Part shown: positions 37,010 through 48,227 of the stretch, one piece after another | Numbering within the stretch: the first letter of the stretch is position 1 | How the letters are laid out: every line of letters starts with the position of its first letter | Source: a virus | Lineage: Duplodnaviria > Caudoviricetes | IMG/VR virus record: IMGVR_UViG_3300048997_000104 | Coordinates: 1 to 53,952 of that record | Length of the DNA stretch: 53,952 nucleotides | Strand: one strand, 5' to 3' | Translations under genes and position numbers: made by a program | Notes under the pieces: model-generated | What the model was told of the DNA's origin: nothing | Seen by the model: only the letters and a program-made list of their open reading frames with translations | Databases searched by the model: none

Positions 37010-37933
37010 ATGTCGATGGTAGCAGAACCTTTGGGCATTATCACCAAGCATCGGGTGATACGCCGCAAGACAGTCAAATGGAAGCCCAAGTACACTCGTC
37101 CCTTGACGCGCGAGGAACAGGAGCAAATTCGCGCGTTTGAAACGAAAGTCGAGGATGCCGAGAACTACATCTCAATGGTTGGTCGCGGCCAACTGACCGG
37201 CTTCGTCTGGGCCGGTAATCACGGCATCGGAAAGACCACGCGTGCGAAACAGGTGTTGCATCGAACATCTACCAGTTTCGTCGAGCATCGCGGTCGCTTG
37301 ACCGCATATCGCATGTACATCGAGGGCTGGAACAATCGTGATGTTGTCAACATCGGCGACGACTGCGACGATTTGTTTACAGCCAAACCCAGCATCGAGC
37401 TGGTCAAAGAGGCCACCGATCATAATGAGCCTCGCATCATAAGCTGGAACACAGCAAGATCGCCCGAGGCTCTCATCCGGCATAAAACGCTGGATGAAGA
37501 CGATATTGCTATTCTCAGCGAGGACAATGGTGGTGAGATACCAGCTATTGTCGATCTGAAGCGTTACAAGTTTCGCGGCGCTTGGATCATGATGACCAAT
37601 CTCCCGGTCATCCAACTCGCCAATGTGGATCGCCAATCTGGCAACAAAAAGGGCCTCGCAGGCATCATCGACCGCCTGCCTGTTGTCGATTGTTTCTTGG
37701 ACAGCCGGCAGCATGAGATGCTCTGGATCGAGCGCTGCGTCGCCAAAGATGCGATCCTGTGGCAATATGGCCTAAGCTTCGATGATGAAGTTAAGATCAT
37801 CGAGTTTATGCGCGCGCGTATGATGATGACCAAATCTCCATTGTCATTGCGCACTCTCAACTTGATAGCCTTCGCTTACATCGACAGCCGCGCCAGCTGG
37901 CAGCGTTTGGCTGAACATATCATGAGGAAGTGA
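37010..37933 (+). CDS. P-loop NTPase (AAA+-like)
   Basis: Walker A 'GNHGIGKT', Walker B-like 'DDCD', 'TN', 'DR', 'SLR'. Confidence 0.75.
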   Translation: MSMVAEPLGIITKHRVIRRKTVKWKPKYTRPLTREEQEQIRAFETKVEDAENYISMVGRGQLTGFVWAGNHGIGKTTRAKQVLHRTSTSFVEHRGRLTAYRMYIEGWNNRDVVNIGDDCDDLFTAKPSIELVKEATDHNEPRIISWNTARSPEALIRHKTLDEDDIAILSEDNGGEIPAIVDLKRYKFRGAWIMMTNLPVIQLANVDRQSGNKKGLAGIIDRLPVVDCFLDSRQHEMLWIERCVAKDAILWQYGLSFDDEVKIIEFMRARMMMTKSPLSLRTLNLIAFAYIDSRASWQRLAEHIMRK

Positions 37934-37936
37934 ATC

Positions 37937-39455
37937 ATGTTATTCCTCACAATGACATGGCCTGATGGATACTCCGAGGATGTCTCTGTTTGCGACTTTG
38001 ACTTTTCTGACAAGGCAACGGCCACCCTTGCTTTGGCAATAGAGCATATCACCGTGCGCGTCGGAGCATCCCATCGAGCCCATCCTGACGTTGAGTCAGC
38101 AATACGGTGCGATTGGAAGCTAGTGGAGTAAATCATGAGCAACGCAACTATCATAGCGCAAAGCGTGCGCATTCGCCAGCTTCAAACGAAGCTAACATCT
38201 GCGTCAAGCGCGCTCGACCGCGTTTGGGAAGCCATCTGGATCATAGACCATAATCTGCTGCCCGGTCTTGACGAAGCGCCAGATGATACGGCTGAGCAGG
38301 CCAAGATGATGATCGAGGCCGTCAACAAGATGGGCAGCACATGGGAGCAAAGGCCATGATCACGCTCAAAGAGTTGTTGGACATAAGCGAGAAGGGCGCG
38401 CGCAAGAACATCAAGAACCAGCCACGCGGCCAGTTAATGCCTACATTCATCGGCGTACCCGAATCAGGCGAAGTGCTCATCATCGGCGCTCCATTCAACG
38501 GCGACTTGGAAAAGCAAATGGTGATTGCTACAGTACGCGCCAAATTCCGCGAATGCAACATCAAGGCATATGCTATGGTCAGCGAGTGCTGGCTGTCTAT
38601 TCGCGCAAACATGGATGAAGTGCGTCGCGGCCCGAGGCCTGGCCTAGACCCAGATCGTCAAGAGGCAGTCGCCATCGTCGCATCTGATGGCTTCAACAGC
38701 CTCGCCCGGTATCTGCGCATGGAGCGAGATTCAATCGGCAACGTCATCAAACTGATCAAAGACCCGCCAGAAGATGTGGCTGATTCATCTGGTCGGTTTC
38801 TTAACATCCTCAGCAACGAGGCATAACATGAAACTTACACCAGCGCAGATCGAATTGCTCGAAGCGTTACGCGACAAAAGCGAGGCGCACATCCTCAACA
38901 TGAGCGAGCTCATCGGCCTCGCCGCCGCCGCTGCTCGCAATCCAGAGTCAGCCGCGTCGCATCGCGTCGAAATCGCGCCATACAAATTCATGTACACCGT
39001 CCAGCGCCATGAGACCGCGCTCACCAGGCATTTCTCAGTCAGCGTGCGAGGCCGCACATTCACCATTCAAGACGAGCACGACATCCAGCCAGTCCTGCGC
39101 ATCTTCGACCTAGATGCTCAAGCACGCGTTCGCGCCAATCGCGCCATCACCACACTCAAATGGCGCGACGACCAGTGGCAATACGTCGAGCTGATCCCAT
39201 TCAAACCGCACAGCCCATGATGTGCACCATACCGGGATTCATCGGGTGAAATCGAGCGAGGGTATTATGGCAAAAGGCAAAAGACAGTTCTTGGTTACAT
39301 TGACTGACGCGGCGAGTTATGACACTGTTTCGAGTTCCAGCGCGAGTTCTACTCTGGAAAACGTTACTGCGCAAATAATGGCTCAACATCTTCGCAAATT
39401 GTTCAACCCTGATGTCGTTACCGCTGTCGAGGTTACGTACATTCAGGCAAGCTGA
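37937..39455 (+). other. Small hypothetical genes (37937-38131, 38135-38359, 38356-38826, 38828-39220, 39267-39455)
   Basis: Closely packed ORFs with RBS-like sites. Confidence 0.5.
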
Positions 39456-40331
39456 AACATCTATGGAAAACATCTGATCAAAAACATCTGCCAAAATTAC
39501 AGTACGAGGATTTAGCGTATCAGCGTACGCTTCCATAAGTTAGTGCACCGGGGTACGCGCTGATATCAACAACTTACGAGAGGGGTATGTTCCCGCTACT
39601 TACTAGGAGAATTCAATTGCCTGTTGTATGTATAGAAGTGATTTTGTGAGGTATGAGGTAGCGGTAGCTATGGAGTGGAAGATGAAGAGATATATGTTCT
39701 GGGTGTTATATGGTATCGTGCTTGGATTATTGGTAGCTGATATTGTAATCAGCATAACCGGGTTAAGTGTTAGGTGGAGCGTAGGTGAGTGATCTTTAGT
39801 GCTTGCTGCTTCAATTGCCTGTACGGACAGTAGAGATACGAATGTTCTATATAGCTGATGAGGGAGCGAGCGCGCCTGCCCGGTATAGTGTGGTGGAGGC
39901 TGAATGAATAATGGTGATGGCGGAGACGATCCCAATGTCGCTGGCTGAAGGCCGTAACCAGTCATGAAATCCACACCAGTCACACGCCACGATGAACTTC
40001 AGGCCCTTCAAAACCAGTTCGCGTCGCGCTATGTGGCGACCTGTATTACACATGCATTGTGGCGTGCTGAAATTCACATGCTGAAAAACAAAACAGCATT
40101 TTCGCTGATTACCCATAAAATTCAATACATTAAGGTTAACAACTAAAATGTTTGACTAATCAGAGACGATTGTTTGTTCGCTCCGTTGACTCTATATCTA
40201 GGCGCTCGGGCAAACTGTAGATGGCTGAATTGCCTAAAACTTTATGCGATAGTTGTTTGCTCGGGCATGGTTTGGGCGTACGATACTTGGGTTGGCGCGG
40301 ATAGTCCGGGCCACGAGAGATGGAGAGAAAT

Positions 40332-40862
40332 ATGAATCGCGTTGGTTTCAAAGGTTTCCGCCGTCCTGAGCCGATCACTGCCGATGCCTTCACGAAGGCG
40401 GTGGATCGTCTCGAAATCTCCAACCTGTTTGTCTACTGGACAGGTTCGCCCTACAAGAGCCGGGCTGCGTCGCTTCGGTCGAATGCTCTGAAGACCATCA
40501 CCGAAGTGAAGACGCCCGTTCCGGTCAGCACGTTGCTCGACCGCGCCGCGCACTTGGATGGCGAAATCGGCTACAAGCCGGAAGTGGTGAAGTCTGGTCT
40601 GTACCTTCACCGCAATTCCAAGCCGGCAGTCTACTTTGCGCTGGAGCGCAAGGAAGATGGTTCCTTCGTCGCCGCCACGGATGTCCCGTACGCGGATGGC
40701 TTCCCCGGTGGCCTGAAGAAAGGCGCCACAGTTATCGCGGCTGGTACTGCTACCAAGCAGATCGCTTCGCCCAAGAAGCCAGCGCAGATCGCGGCACCGG
40801 CGACCGACCAGCCCAAACTCGTAAAGGGCAACCGCCGTAAGGCGCAACAGCCGACTGCTTAA
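40332..40862 (+). CDS. Hypothetical basic protein
   Basis: GAGAGATGGAGAG leader; hairpin terminator 40885-40913. Confidence 0.7.
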   Translation: MNRVGFKGFRRPEPITADAFTKAVDRLEISNLFVYWTGSPYKSRAASLRSNALKTITEVKTPVPVSTLLDRAAHLDGEIGYKPEVVKSGLYLHRNSKPAVYFALERKEDGSFVAATDVPYADGFPGGLKKGATVIAAGTATKQIASPKKPAQIAAPATDQPKLVKGNRRKAQQPTA

Positions 40863-40997
40863 TGCGCCTTTAACCAAAAAGCCTAGGGGCCAGAAAAACT
40901 GGCCCTTCCTTTTGCCTAAACGTTTATGCGAAGATTGTAGCCAAAGCCGAGGATGTGGCCTATATTCTTCTGTATAAACTGAGAGATGGAGAGTGAG

Positions 40998-41162
40998 ATG
41001 AACAAAGTGACCCCGATGAAACTGGCGAATGACCGTTCTTTCTCTTGGACTAAGGAACAGGTGAAGACCTTCATCGCAAAGACCCACCTGACGGACAATA
41101 CTGAGTCTTGGCGCCGCTTCTACAACGACACTTTCGGCGCTCCCACTTCCTTCCCTGCTTAA
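40998..41162 (+). CDS. 54-aa hypothetical protein (MNKVTPMKLAND...), absent from ORF track
   Basis: Same leader as the 40332 gene; hairpin 41179-41202. Confidence 0.6.
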   Translation: MNKVTPMKLANDRSFSWTKEQVKTFIAKTHLTDNTESWRRFYNDTFGAPTSFPA

Positions 41163-41377
41163 CTAAATCCATAGCATAGGCCCCAGTTGAAAAGCTGGGG
41201 CTTGTGTTATGACTAATACGTGTTATGAGTCGCCGGACCTCCTGTCACCTATTGACAAGCATGCAGGCCGAATTTCCAGGAATGGGCCACACACGTTCAT
41301 ATATTTTGCAAAAATGTAATTCACAAATCGGCCTAGACCGCTACACGCGCAAGCAGTATACTATGAGGTTTTGTTCC

Positions 41378-43394
41378 TCATATCCTGTGAATGATAGCGA
41401 TACCGGGCATCATACAGATGTTGAACTTATTCCCACAGCCATGACACTGGACGTTCTGGCAAGCACCGCCGCGCGGCCCATAGTGGAATTCGTCATCGCC
41501 GCAATCAGGGCACTTGCCAGGATTTGCCCAGTTCACAAACCTGTCGTAACGCAGAGGCTCCTGCTTAGCCTTCTTCACGCGGATCGGCCTGATTGCCCAC
41601 AGCAGGAGGCCAACCATCGCTGCTGCGCCGACAAATGCGGCCAGGAACTTGAGCAGAATGTCAATGGTCGTGTGCATCGCGCTTCTCCATCTTCACCTCC
41701 AGATCGAGCCGGATGCGCCTGAGCCTGCGCCATCTCCAGTAGCTCAGGGCGCACATGCAGATGGCCACGAGGAAGCCGAGTTTGGCGAGCATGTAGATAA
41801 ATGTGTCCATCGTCAGCACTCGCACTCTGTACCAACGGCGGCGAACCAGCCATGGTGCTCGCCGGATTTGGGAGCCTGCCCAGGCTTGTGGACGTAGGCA
41901 TGGACGCCGCGCTCAAATCCAGCCAATGGCTCTGGCACCAGCGTGACCTCCATGCCCCGCTTGGCTGCGCGACGTTTGATGTCTTCAACTGTATGCCAGT
42001 TGCAGCGCGTGAACTCGCTCATGAGTCGCGCCCGGTAATGGTGGTGTGCGCAGACCGGACTAGCACGCGCTTGTCGGTGCCCTCCAGTTTGGAGAGCAGG
42101 TCTTGCGCCAGGGCGATGACGCCATCGTTGTTGACGCCTTCGGCGCGGAATATCCAGGCACCGAGGAGGCCGCAGAGCCACCATCGCTGCTCGTCGCTGA
42201 CGGAGATGTAGTCTGCTTGAGATGTCCGATTGTAGTCCATGTCGAGCGTCTCTGGCTTGATGCCGACGATGCGCAGGCGGCAGAGGCCATCGACGTTGAC
42301 CCAGAGCGTGTCGCCCTCGGTCGAGTTCGCTGAGTGGATCGACAACTGTACGCCGTGCTCTGGCTTGTTGATGTCGATCATTCTGATCTCGCGTTCCATG
42401 CTTGTTCTCCTGAGTGACATCAATGCTGATCCATAATCAGCTTGTGGAAGTGCCAGGTCTTGTAGCCACCGCTCTCGATATGGTTCTGGGCGAACCGGAT
42501 GGCATTGTCAGCTGTGCCCATGGCCTCGGCGGAAGTGAAGATGCCCTGGTGGGCGACGATGACGAGCGGGCGGAACATCCCGATGGCTGTGCGTGTGCAT
42601 CCTGCTGATTCCATTATTCGTACCCCTGTAGATCGTGATATGCCCCCAGGCATGTGATGGCGTCGTTACTGCCCGCCGCGCGGAAGGCATTTTCGAGTGA
42701 AGCGTCGATGATAGCCAGCAAAGGCTTCAAATTGCCGGGGCTATCATCTTCCATGGCGATGCGCGCCCGCATAGAGGCGACACGGGCAATCTCCCGTGCC
42801 AACCCCTCTGCGAGATTGACGATGCGCTCAGGCACTCGCCGCACTCGCAATGCGAATGCCAGTGACCATGTAGATAAACTGCGAGCGCGCCTGCGGGTCT
42901 GCCTGCTCCCAGGACCGCATCATCGCATTGACCTGAGTGGCGATATTCCCAGTCAGGTTAGACTGATCGCGCAACTTGGTGATCGGCACCACCTTGGTGC
43001 CATTGTCGATGGCCTTGCTGAGACCGCTGCCCAGCTTGCGCATCTTTTCGTCGCGGCGCTTGGCTTTGCGCGCTGAGTCAACGATGAGCTTCTCAGGATT
43101 TGCCGAGAAGCCGACGCTGATGTAAGAGAGCAGGGTGCCGCGCGTGTACCGCTTCCCAGTTGCGCTCTGGATGTTGGTGGTGCACCACTTGACAAATTTC
43201 GCGGCATCACCGTTTGCTTTGCGCCCCTGCCGTGGCCGTTGCCCGACTATGATCATGTAGACCACCGCGAGCCTTTTGCAAAAGGCTACGCGGGAGCCTT
43301 GTCGAAGCCTGGCCAGCTCATTAAGCTCGCCCTTGAGCTCGTCCAGCGACGCATCGCTTGACGGGTCAAGTAGCAGGGACTCAATGCGCGTCAT
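41378..43394 (-). other. Minus-strand operon of hypothetical genes (41378-41677, 41661-41810, 41813-42022, 42019-42423, 42420-42614, 42614-42850, 42828-43394)
   Basis: Coupled ORFs; 41378-41677 has a TM segment plus CxxC..CxxC; 41661-41810 is a TM peptide. Confidence 0.55.
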
Positions 43395-43395
43395 A

Positions 43396-43746
43396 TTACT
43401 TATGGACAATTTCCATCTCCTGGGATTGGGTTGTGAGTTGTTTGGTGCGGATGATGTCTTCGATGTACGCCCGCTTGCGTTCAATTCCTTCGGCGCTGAA
43501 AATGAAGCAAAGTTCTGTTTCATTGACGCCGAAGAACTTGCCCAGCATGTCGTATAGCCCGCAAGGCGAGCCGTAATGGGCGGCAGGGAAGCCCATGTCG
43601 ATAAGCAGCTGGTCGTGGCGAGCCTCATTCCAGAGGCAGGTGCTCCACTCGCTTTGCTGGCCTGGCCTCATCGCATTGGCCAGTTTGTGGAGCTGGTTGA
43701 GCCGCTCGAATTGTGAGGCCATAGGCGAGACGATGCTGCCGTCCAT
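43396..43746 (-). CDS. Hypothetical protein, paralog B
   Basis: Shares SPMASQFERLN, W..CLW.EA.HD.L, FFGV with neighbour. Confidence 0.75.
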   Translation of the reverse strand: MDGSIVSPMASQFERLNQLHKLANAMRPGQQSEWSTCLWNEARHDQLLIDMGFPAAHYGSPCGLYDMLGKFFGVNETELCFIFSAEGIERKRAYIEDIIRTKQLTTQSQEMEIVHK

Positions 43747-44087
43747 CAGACAACCTCCTCGATGCGGGATTGTTGCCTGAGAGCCAGCAGCTTCGCTGCC
43801 AGATAGTTGCGCTTGACCAGCATGTCTTGACCACTGAAGATATGGTCAATTTCCACGGAGCTGACGCCAAAGAACTCCCTCAGCGGTTCATATGCCACAG
43901 GACCGCCGATATTGTCGCACCGCGTCGGCAGTCCCATGCTCACGAGCAGCTTGTCGTGAACGGCCTCAGCCCAGAGGCAGCTTCCCCACTCCCTTTGGTC
44001 AGCGTTTGATTTTTTGGACAGCTCATAGAGCCGGTTGAGCCGCTCGAATTGAGAGGCCATTGGCGAGACTAGGACATTTCCATCCAT
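43746..44087 (-). CDS. Hypothetical protein, paralog A
   Basis: As above; GGAGG RBS. Confidence 0.75.
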   Translation of the reverse strand: MDGNVLVSPMASQFERLNRLYELSKKSNADQREWGSCLWAEAVHDKLLVSMGLPTRCDNIGGPVAYEPLREFFGVSSVEIDHIFSGQDMLVKRNYLAAKLLALRQQSRIEEVV

Positions 44088-44213
44088 TTCCACCTCCAAA
44101 TTGCCGCCTACCCCTTATTATCGCGTGATTACAAGTCTGAAGCAAGTGATAAGATTGAGGAACAAGCCAATATATCCACTTTTTGGCGCATTTTATTCAG
44201 GATATACTTAATA

Positions 44214-44277
44214 AGTTGGAATTAGGCACTTGACCGGCAGCGTATTGATCTCCATCTCTCCGCTGCCGGTCTTTTTT
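44214..44277 (+). ncRNA. Candidate small RNA (hairpin with anti-RBS loop plus U-tract)
   Basis: TATACT at 44203-44208; 11-bp stem 44232-44242 / 44261-44271; T6. Confidence 0.45.
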
Positions 44278-44318
44278 CTGCTAGACGTTTGTAGGCCTGC
44301 TGGAGTATGCTATGCAGC

Positions 44319-44819
44319 ATGGCCGCGAAAACCGACTTCAAACTTGGTCAGGCGATTGACTCCGCACTCGGCGGCGGCACAAACACACCACTTGTGTATC
44401 TGCCGCCCGGTCAACGCACTCAGACGCGAGTGAACAAGCCAACCAAGTTGGACGTCAAGGACCAATTGATCCGCATCCAGCACGAGGCTGACCCGGTGGG
44501 GTTCCTCATTGCCGCGATGAATGGCGAGGCATTCCAAGTCCACATCATCACCGAGGGCGGCGAGCAAATCTCCGTGCCGATGCAAGCCTCCATGAAGGAT
44601 CGCATCAAGATCGCAATGCATCTGGCTGACAAGCTGATGCCGAACCTCAACCTCCACAAGCACATCACCCCGCCTGGCGGCGACGGCAATAGTGGCCAGC
44701 TACCGGGCGCGAGCGGCATGACGTTCGCTCAGATGGTGGCAAAGGCATCCAGCAACGCTGATCACGCGCCGAAGGCCAAAGTCACCACCGTGGATGAGCA
44801 AGGGAACGTGGAAGAATGA
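44319..44819 (+). CDS. Putative terminase small subunit
   Basis: 'DPVGFL..AM.....RI..A..L'; upstream of TerL. Confidence 0.5.
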   Translation: MAAKTDFKLGQAIDSALGGGTNTPLVYLPPGQRTQTRVNKPTKLDVKDQLIRIQHEADPVGFLIAAMNGEAFQVHIITEGGEQISVPMQASMKDRIKIAMHLADKLMPNLNLHKHITPPGGDGNSGQLPGASGMTFAQMVAKASSNADHAPKAKVTTVDEQGNVEE

Positions 44820-44895
44820 TCAGCTGGATGGCGGTCGGCGGCGTGACCGTATTCGTGCTCGTCTGCACACACATCTTTATCAGGAGCCTTGACCA

Positions 44896-45189
44896 ATGTT
44901 GAGAATTTTGGCTATGCTGATCGAGCGAGTGCCCTACAACGCATTCTGGGCAATCGACTGCTTCTTCTCTGCCATCACCGGCGGCGACAAGGGCGAGACC
45001 ATCAGCGCGCGGCTCTGGGGCCAACAGCTGAAAGTGGGCATCTACGGCTGGCCCGCGCGGATCGCCCAGAAGGCCCTGGACGGAGTTGTCCTTCTGTTCT
45101 TCGGCCAGAAAGATCACACCAAGTCGTCTTATGACGAGTTCTTGCTGGTCAAGGCGGCTCGCGCCGCTGCCGCCGCACTCGTCAAGTAG
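44896..45189 (+). CDS. Hypothetical phage protein
   Basis: 'D......GGD..ETISAR' motif. Confidence 0.6.
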   Translation: MLRILAMLIERVPYNAFWAIDCFFSAITGGDKGETISARLWGQQLKVGIYGWPARIAQKALDGVVLLFFGQKDHTKSSYDEFLLVKAARAAAAALVK

Positions 45190-45205
45190 CCCTGGCGGCC
45201 TCGAT

Positions 45206-46786
45206 ATGAGCGAAACAATGATCAAGGCGCTGTCCTATTGGCGCGCCAATCCTGTCGAGGCCGTTAAGGACTGGTTCAATGTCACGCCTGAAGATTACCA
45301 AGGGGACATGCTGAATGACCTATTCGGATTGCACCATCGTGTCGCAGCCAAGAGCGCGCACGGTGTTGGCAAAACAACGGTTGAGTCGTGGGCTGCTTGG
45401 CTTTTTCTCACTACTCGTCCTCACCCCCGTGTTGTTGCTACTGCTCCCACCCAGAGTCAGCTCAAAGACATTCTATGGCCAGAAATGGCAAAGTGGGCAG
45501 AGAAATTTCCTCAAGAACTCCGATCAATGTGGGAAATCTCTGAAACTCATGTTCGCCACAAAGAATTCCCCAAAACATGGTTCGCCGTGGCACGTACGTC
45601 GAACAAGCAGGAGAACCTCCAAGGGTTCCACAACGATCACGTTCTAGTGCTGGTTGACGAGGCATCAGGCGTCCCTCAGCCAGTATTCGAGGTGATCGAA
45701 GGAATCATGACCAACGCGGATGAGCACGGGCTTGAAGCCAAGTTGCTCATGTGCGGGAACCCCACCCAGATTGCTGGGGAGTTCTACAATGCGTTCCACA
45801 AGAACCGCATATTGTATGGTCGTTACACTATCTCCGGCGACGTTGAGAAGCCAAAAGACCCGAACGGCGGCAAGATATACCTGTCTAAGCGTGTATCGTC
45901 GTCCTATCGGCAGACTATGGCGCGTAAGTATGGCGCAGCCTCGTCTGTATATGACGTGCGTGTGCGCGGAGTGTTCCCGCTCGCGGCGGATGGCGCAGTC
46001 ATCCCGATCGCATGGGCTGAAGCGGCGCAATACCTCAATGTGCCTGTCTTTGATCCGATTGCCGATCCTCTGGTGCTGGTCATGGACGTGGCTCGGTTCG
46101 GCGGCGATGAAACGGTCCTGGCATGGTTCCGTAGAAATCACTGCGTCAGAATGCAGGCGTGGCCGAAGACATCCATTAACGAATGTGTTGATATCTTGTG
46201 GGACGCAACAAAACAGAGTAGCGTTCAAGTATCTCGCATTGTCGTTGATGAGCCCGGTATCGGCGGCGGTGTGGTCGATGTCGCGCGTCGTGCTGGACTT
46301 GCGATTAGCCCATACAACGGCGGTGCTGCGCTCAAGGTCGAGAATGGTGACCCGGAGGAAGATGTAAGAATGTTCGCAAACCGGCGCAGCCGCGATTGGT
46401 GGCGCGTTCGGCGGTATCTGGAAAAATCTCTGACCAAGCTTCCAGTGGATGAGGTGCTCATTAACCAGCTCGCCTCTGTGAAGTATGTTTACAACCAGAA
46501 AGAGAAGATTCAGGTTGAGTCCAAGAGCGATATGCGCGAGCGACTTGGCGAGGAAGCATCGCCTGACCGCGCTGACGTGATCGTTATGGGCCTAGCCCCT
46601 TTCTACAGCTTGGAAAACGCGGTCCCGCTTGAACTGCTAGACTGGGCAAACGGAACAGTCTACGGTTCAAACCGGCCCACAGCAGAGATGGATTTTGGCG
46701 ATGGCACGAAAGAACCAGGCCTCGGCAACCACTGGTCAGAGCACCCCTTCGACCGGAGCGGCGGCGGCAGCCCCGGCGGCTTCTAA
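45206..46786 (+). CDS. terL: Terminase large subunit
   Basis: 'AHGVGKT', 'APT..Q', 'DEASG', 'GNP', 'DVARFGGD', 'SPDRAD'. Confidence 0.93.
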   Translation: MSETMIKALSYWRANPVEAVKDWFNVTPEDYQGDMLNDLFGLHHRVAAKSAHGVGKTTVESWAAWLFLTTRPHPRVVATAPTQSQLKDILWPEMAKWAEKFPQELRSMWEISETHVRHKEFPKTWFAVARTSNKQENLQGFHNDHVLVLVDEASGVPQPVFEVIEGIMTNADEHGLEAKLLMCGNPTQIAGEFYNAFHKNRILYGRYTISGDVEKPKDPNGGKIYLSKRVSSSYRQTMARKYGAASSVYDVRVRGVFPLAADGAVIPIAWAEAAQYLNVPVFDPIADPLVLVMDVARFGGDETVLAWFRRNHCVRMQAWPKTSINECVDILWDATKQSSVQVSRIVVDEPGIGGGVVDVARRAGLAISPYNGGAALKVENGDPEEDVRMFANRRSRDWWRVRRYLEKSLTKLPVDEVLINQLASVKYVYNQKEKIQVESKSDMRERLGEEASPDRADVIVMGLAPFYSLENAVPLELLDWANGTVYGSNRPTAEMDFGDGTKEPGLGNHWSEHPFDRSGGGSPGGF

Positions 46787-48185
46787 GGGTGTAAAGCCAC
46801 GCGGGCCAGGGCGTCCGCGCAACATCGAGAAGGACGTTACAGTAATTACTGGGGGTCAGCTGGTCGCGTGGCCTAGCCCTCTCCCTGGTGTGCGGGGGAA
46901 CTATGAGCAGTACCGCCCTGATGATTTGATGGGGCGTTATGGCTTCCGCATCTATCGTGAGATGCTTCACGATGATACGGTCAAGGCCTGCCTCAAATTC
47001 AAGAAGGTTCTTGTCCACGGGCGCTCCTGGGATGTGACGCCTTTTGGCGGCAAGGACGCGACTGACCAGGACACGAAGATTGCTGAGTTCGTGTATGACG
47101 CGCTCGCGGCCACGAATTGGAACCGCATCCAACGTGAAATCCTGACCTGCCTCGATTTTGGCTTCTCCATCGGCGAAATCATCTGGGAAGTCAGGCCGTA
47201 TGAGGACCAGGGCCTCAAGGTCATGCTCAAGGACGTGCACCACCGCGACCCGGAGTACATGCGCGTCAACGTCGATATTCACGGCAACATCAACGAGTTC
47301 CGGCAGCTGAGTTCATACATTCCGCCGTACCACATCGACATCGACCCAAACAAGGTGCTGCACGTCGCCTATCAGAACGAATTCATGAACCACTACGGCT
47401 GGAGCGATCTGCGCGCTGCCTATCGCGCCTGGTGGTCCAAGAAATTCGTCACGCAGTTCTGGAACGTCTTTCTGGAACGGTTCGGCTCGCCGCTGATGGC
47501 GATGAAGTACCCGCAGGGTGCATCCGACCAGCTCAAGACGGCGCTCCAGCAAATCCTGACCGGCCTCCAATCCAAAACCGACATCTTGGTGCCGGAAGGT
47601 GTCGAGATTGATCTGATCGAGGCCACGCGCGCTGGACAGGGCAATTACCTGGAGGCGCTCACTTACTTTGACGTGGGCATCTCGCGGGCGATCCTCGTGC
47701 CGGCTTTGCTGGGCATGGGAGTCGATGTCAAGCGCGGCTCTGACTCGCAGTCGCGGCTCCATCTGCGCGTGCTCATGAAGATCGCCAACGATTTGGCCAG
47801 CGACGTATCCTGGGAAGTTAACCAGAAAATCGTCAAGCAGATCGTGGACATGAACTTTGCCGGGGTGACGAATTACCCCATCTACGGCTATGGCGATTAT
47901 GGCGAGTATGAAGCGGCTGAGATCGCCGACTCAATCGCCCAGCTGTTCAACGCCGGCATGCTCGATATGGACCAAGCTGACGTGAATTATGCCCGGTCCA
48001 TCCTTGGTCTGCCGATCCGCGAGCCTGGCGACGAGGATGAGGTGAACCGGCCGCAACCGACGCCGCTGGGCAATCCTGGCCAGGGGATGGGCGGTCCAGG
48101 CGGTGCCGCAGGTGGCGCTGGCCCAACTGCTGGCAATCAACGTGCCAAAAAGCCTGCCGGTGCAAAAAAGAACAAGAACGCATAA
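46701..48185 (+). CDS. Portal protein (DUF935 / Mu gp29-like)
   Basis: 'GFS..EIIW', 'G.S.LR..Y..W..K', 'W..F.ERFG.P'; overlaps terL by 86 nt. Confidence 0.85.
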   Translation: MARKNQASATTGQSTPSTGAAAAAPAASKGVKPRGPGRPRNIEKDVTVITGGQLVAWPSPLPGVRGNYEQYRPDDLMGRYGFRIYREMLHDDTVKACLKFKKVLVHGRSWDVTPFGGKDATDQDTKIAEFVYDALAATNWNRIQREILTCLDFGFSIGEIIWEVRPYEDQGLKVMLKDVHHRDPEYMRVNVDIHGNINEFRQLSSYIPPYHIDIDPNKVLHVAYQNEFMNHYGWSDLRAAYRAWWSKKFVTQFWNVFLERFGSPLMAMKYPQGASDQLKTALQQILTGLQSKTDILVPEGVEIDLIEATRAGQGNYLEALTYFDVGISRAILVPALLGMGVDVKRGSDSQSRLHLRVLMKIANDLASDVSWEVNQKIVKQIVDMNFAGVTNYPIYGYGDYGEYEAAEIADSIAQLFNAGMLDMDQADVNYARSILGLPIREPGDEDEVNRPQPTPLGNPGQGMGGPGGAAGGAGPTAGNQRAKKPAGAKKNKNA

Positions 48186-48227
48186 TTTCACTTTACGATC
48201 CCGAAACTATGATCTAGGATCACATTT

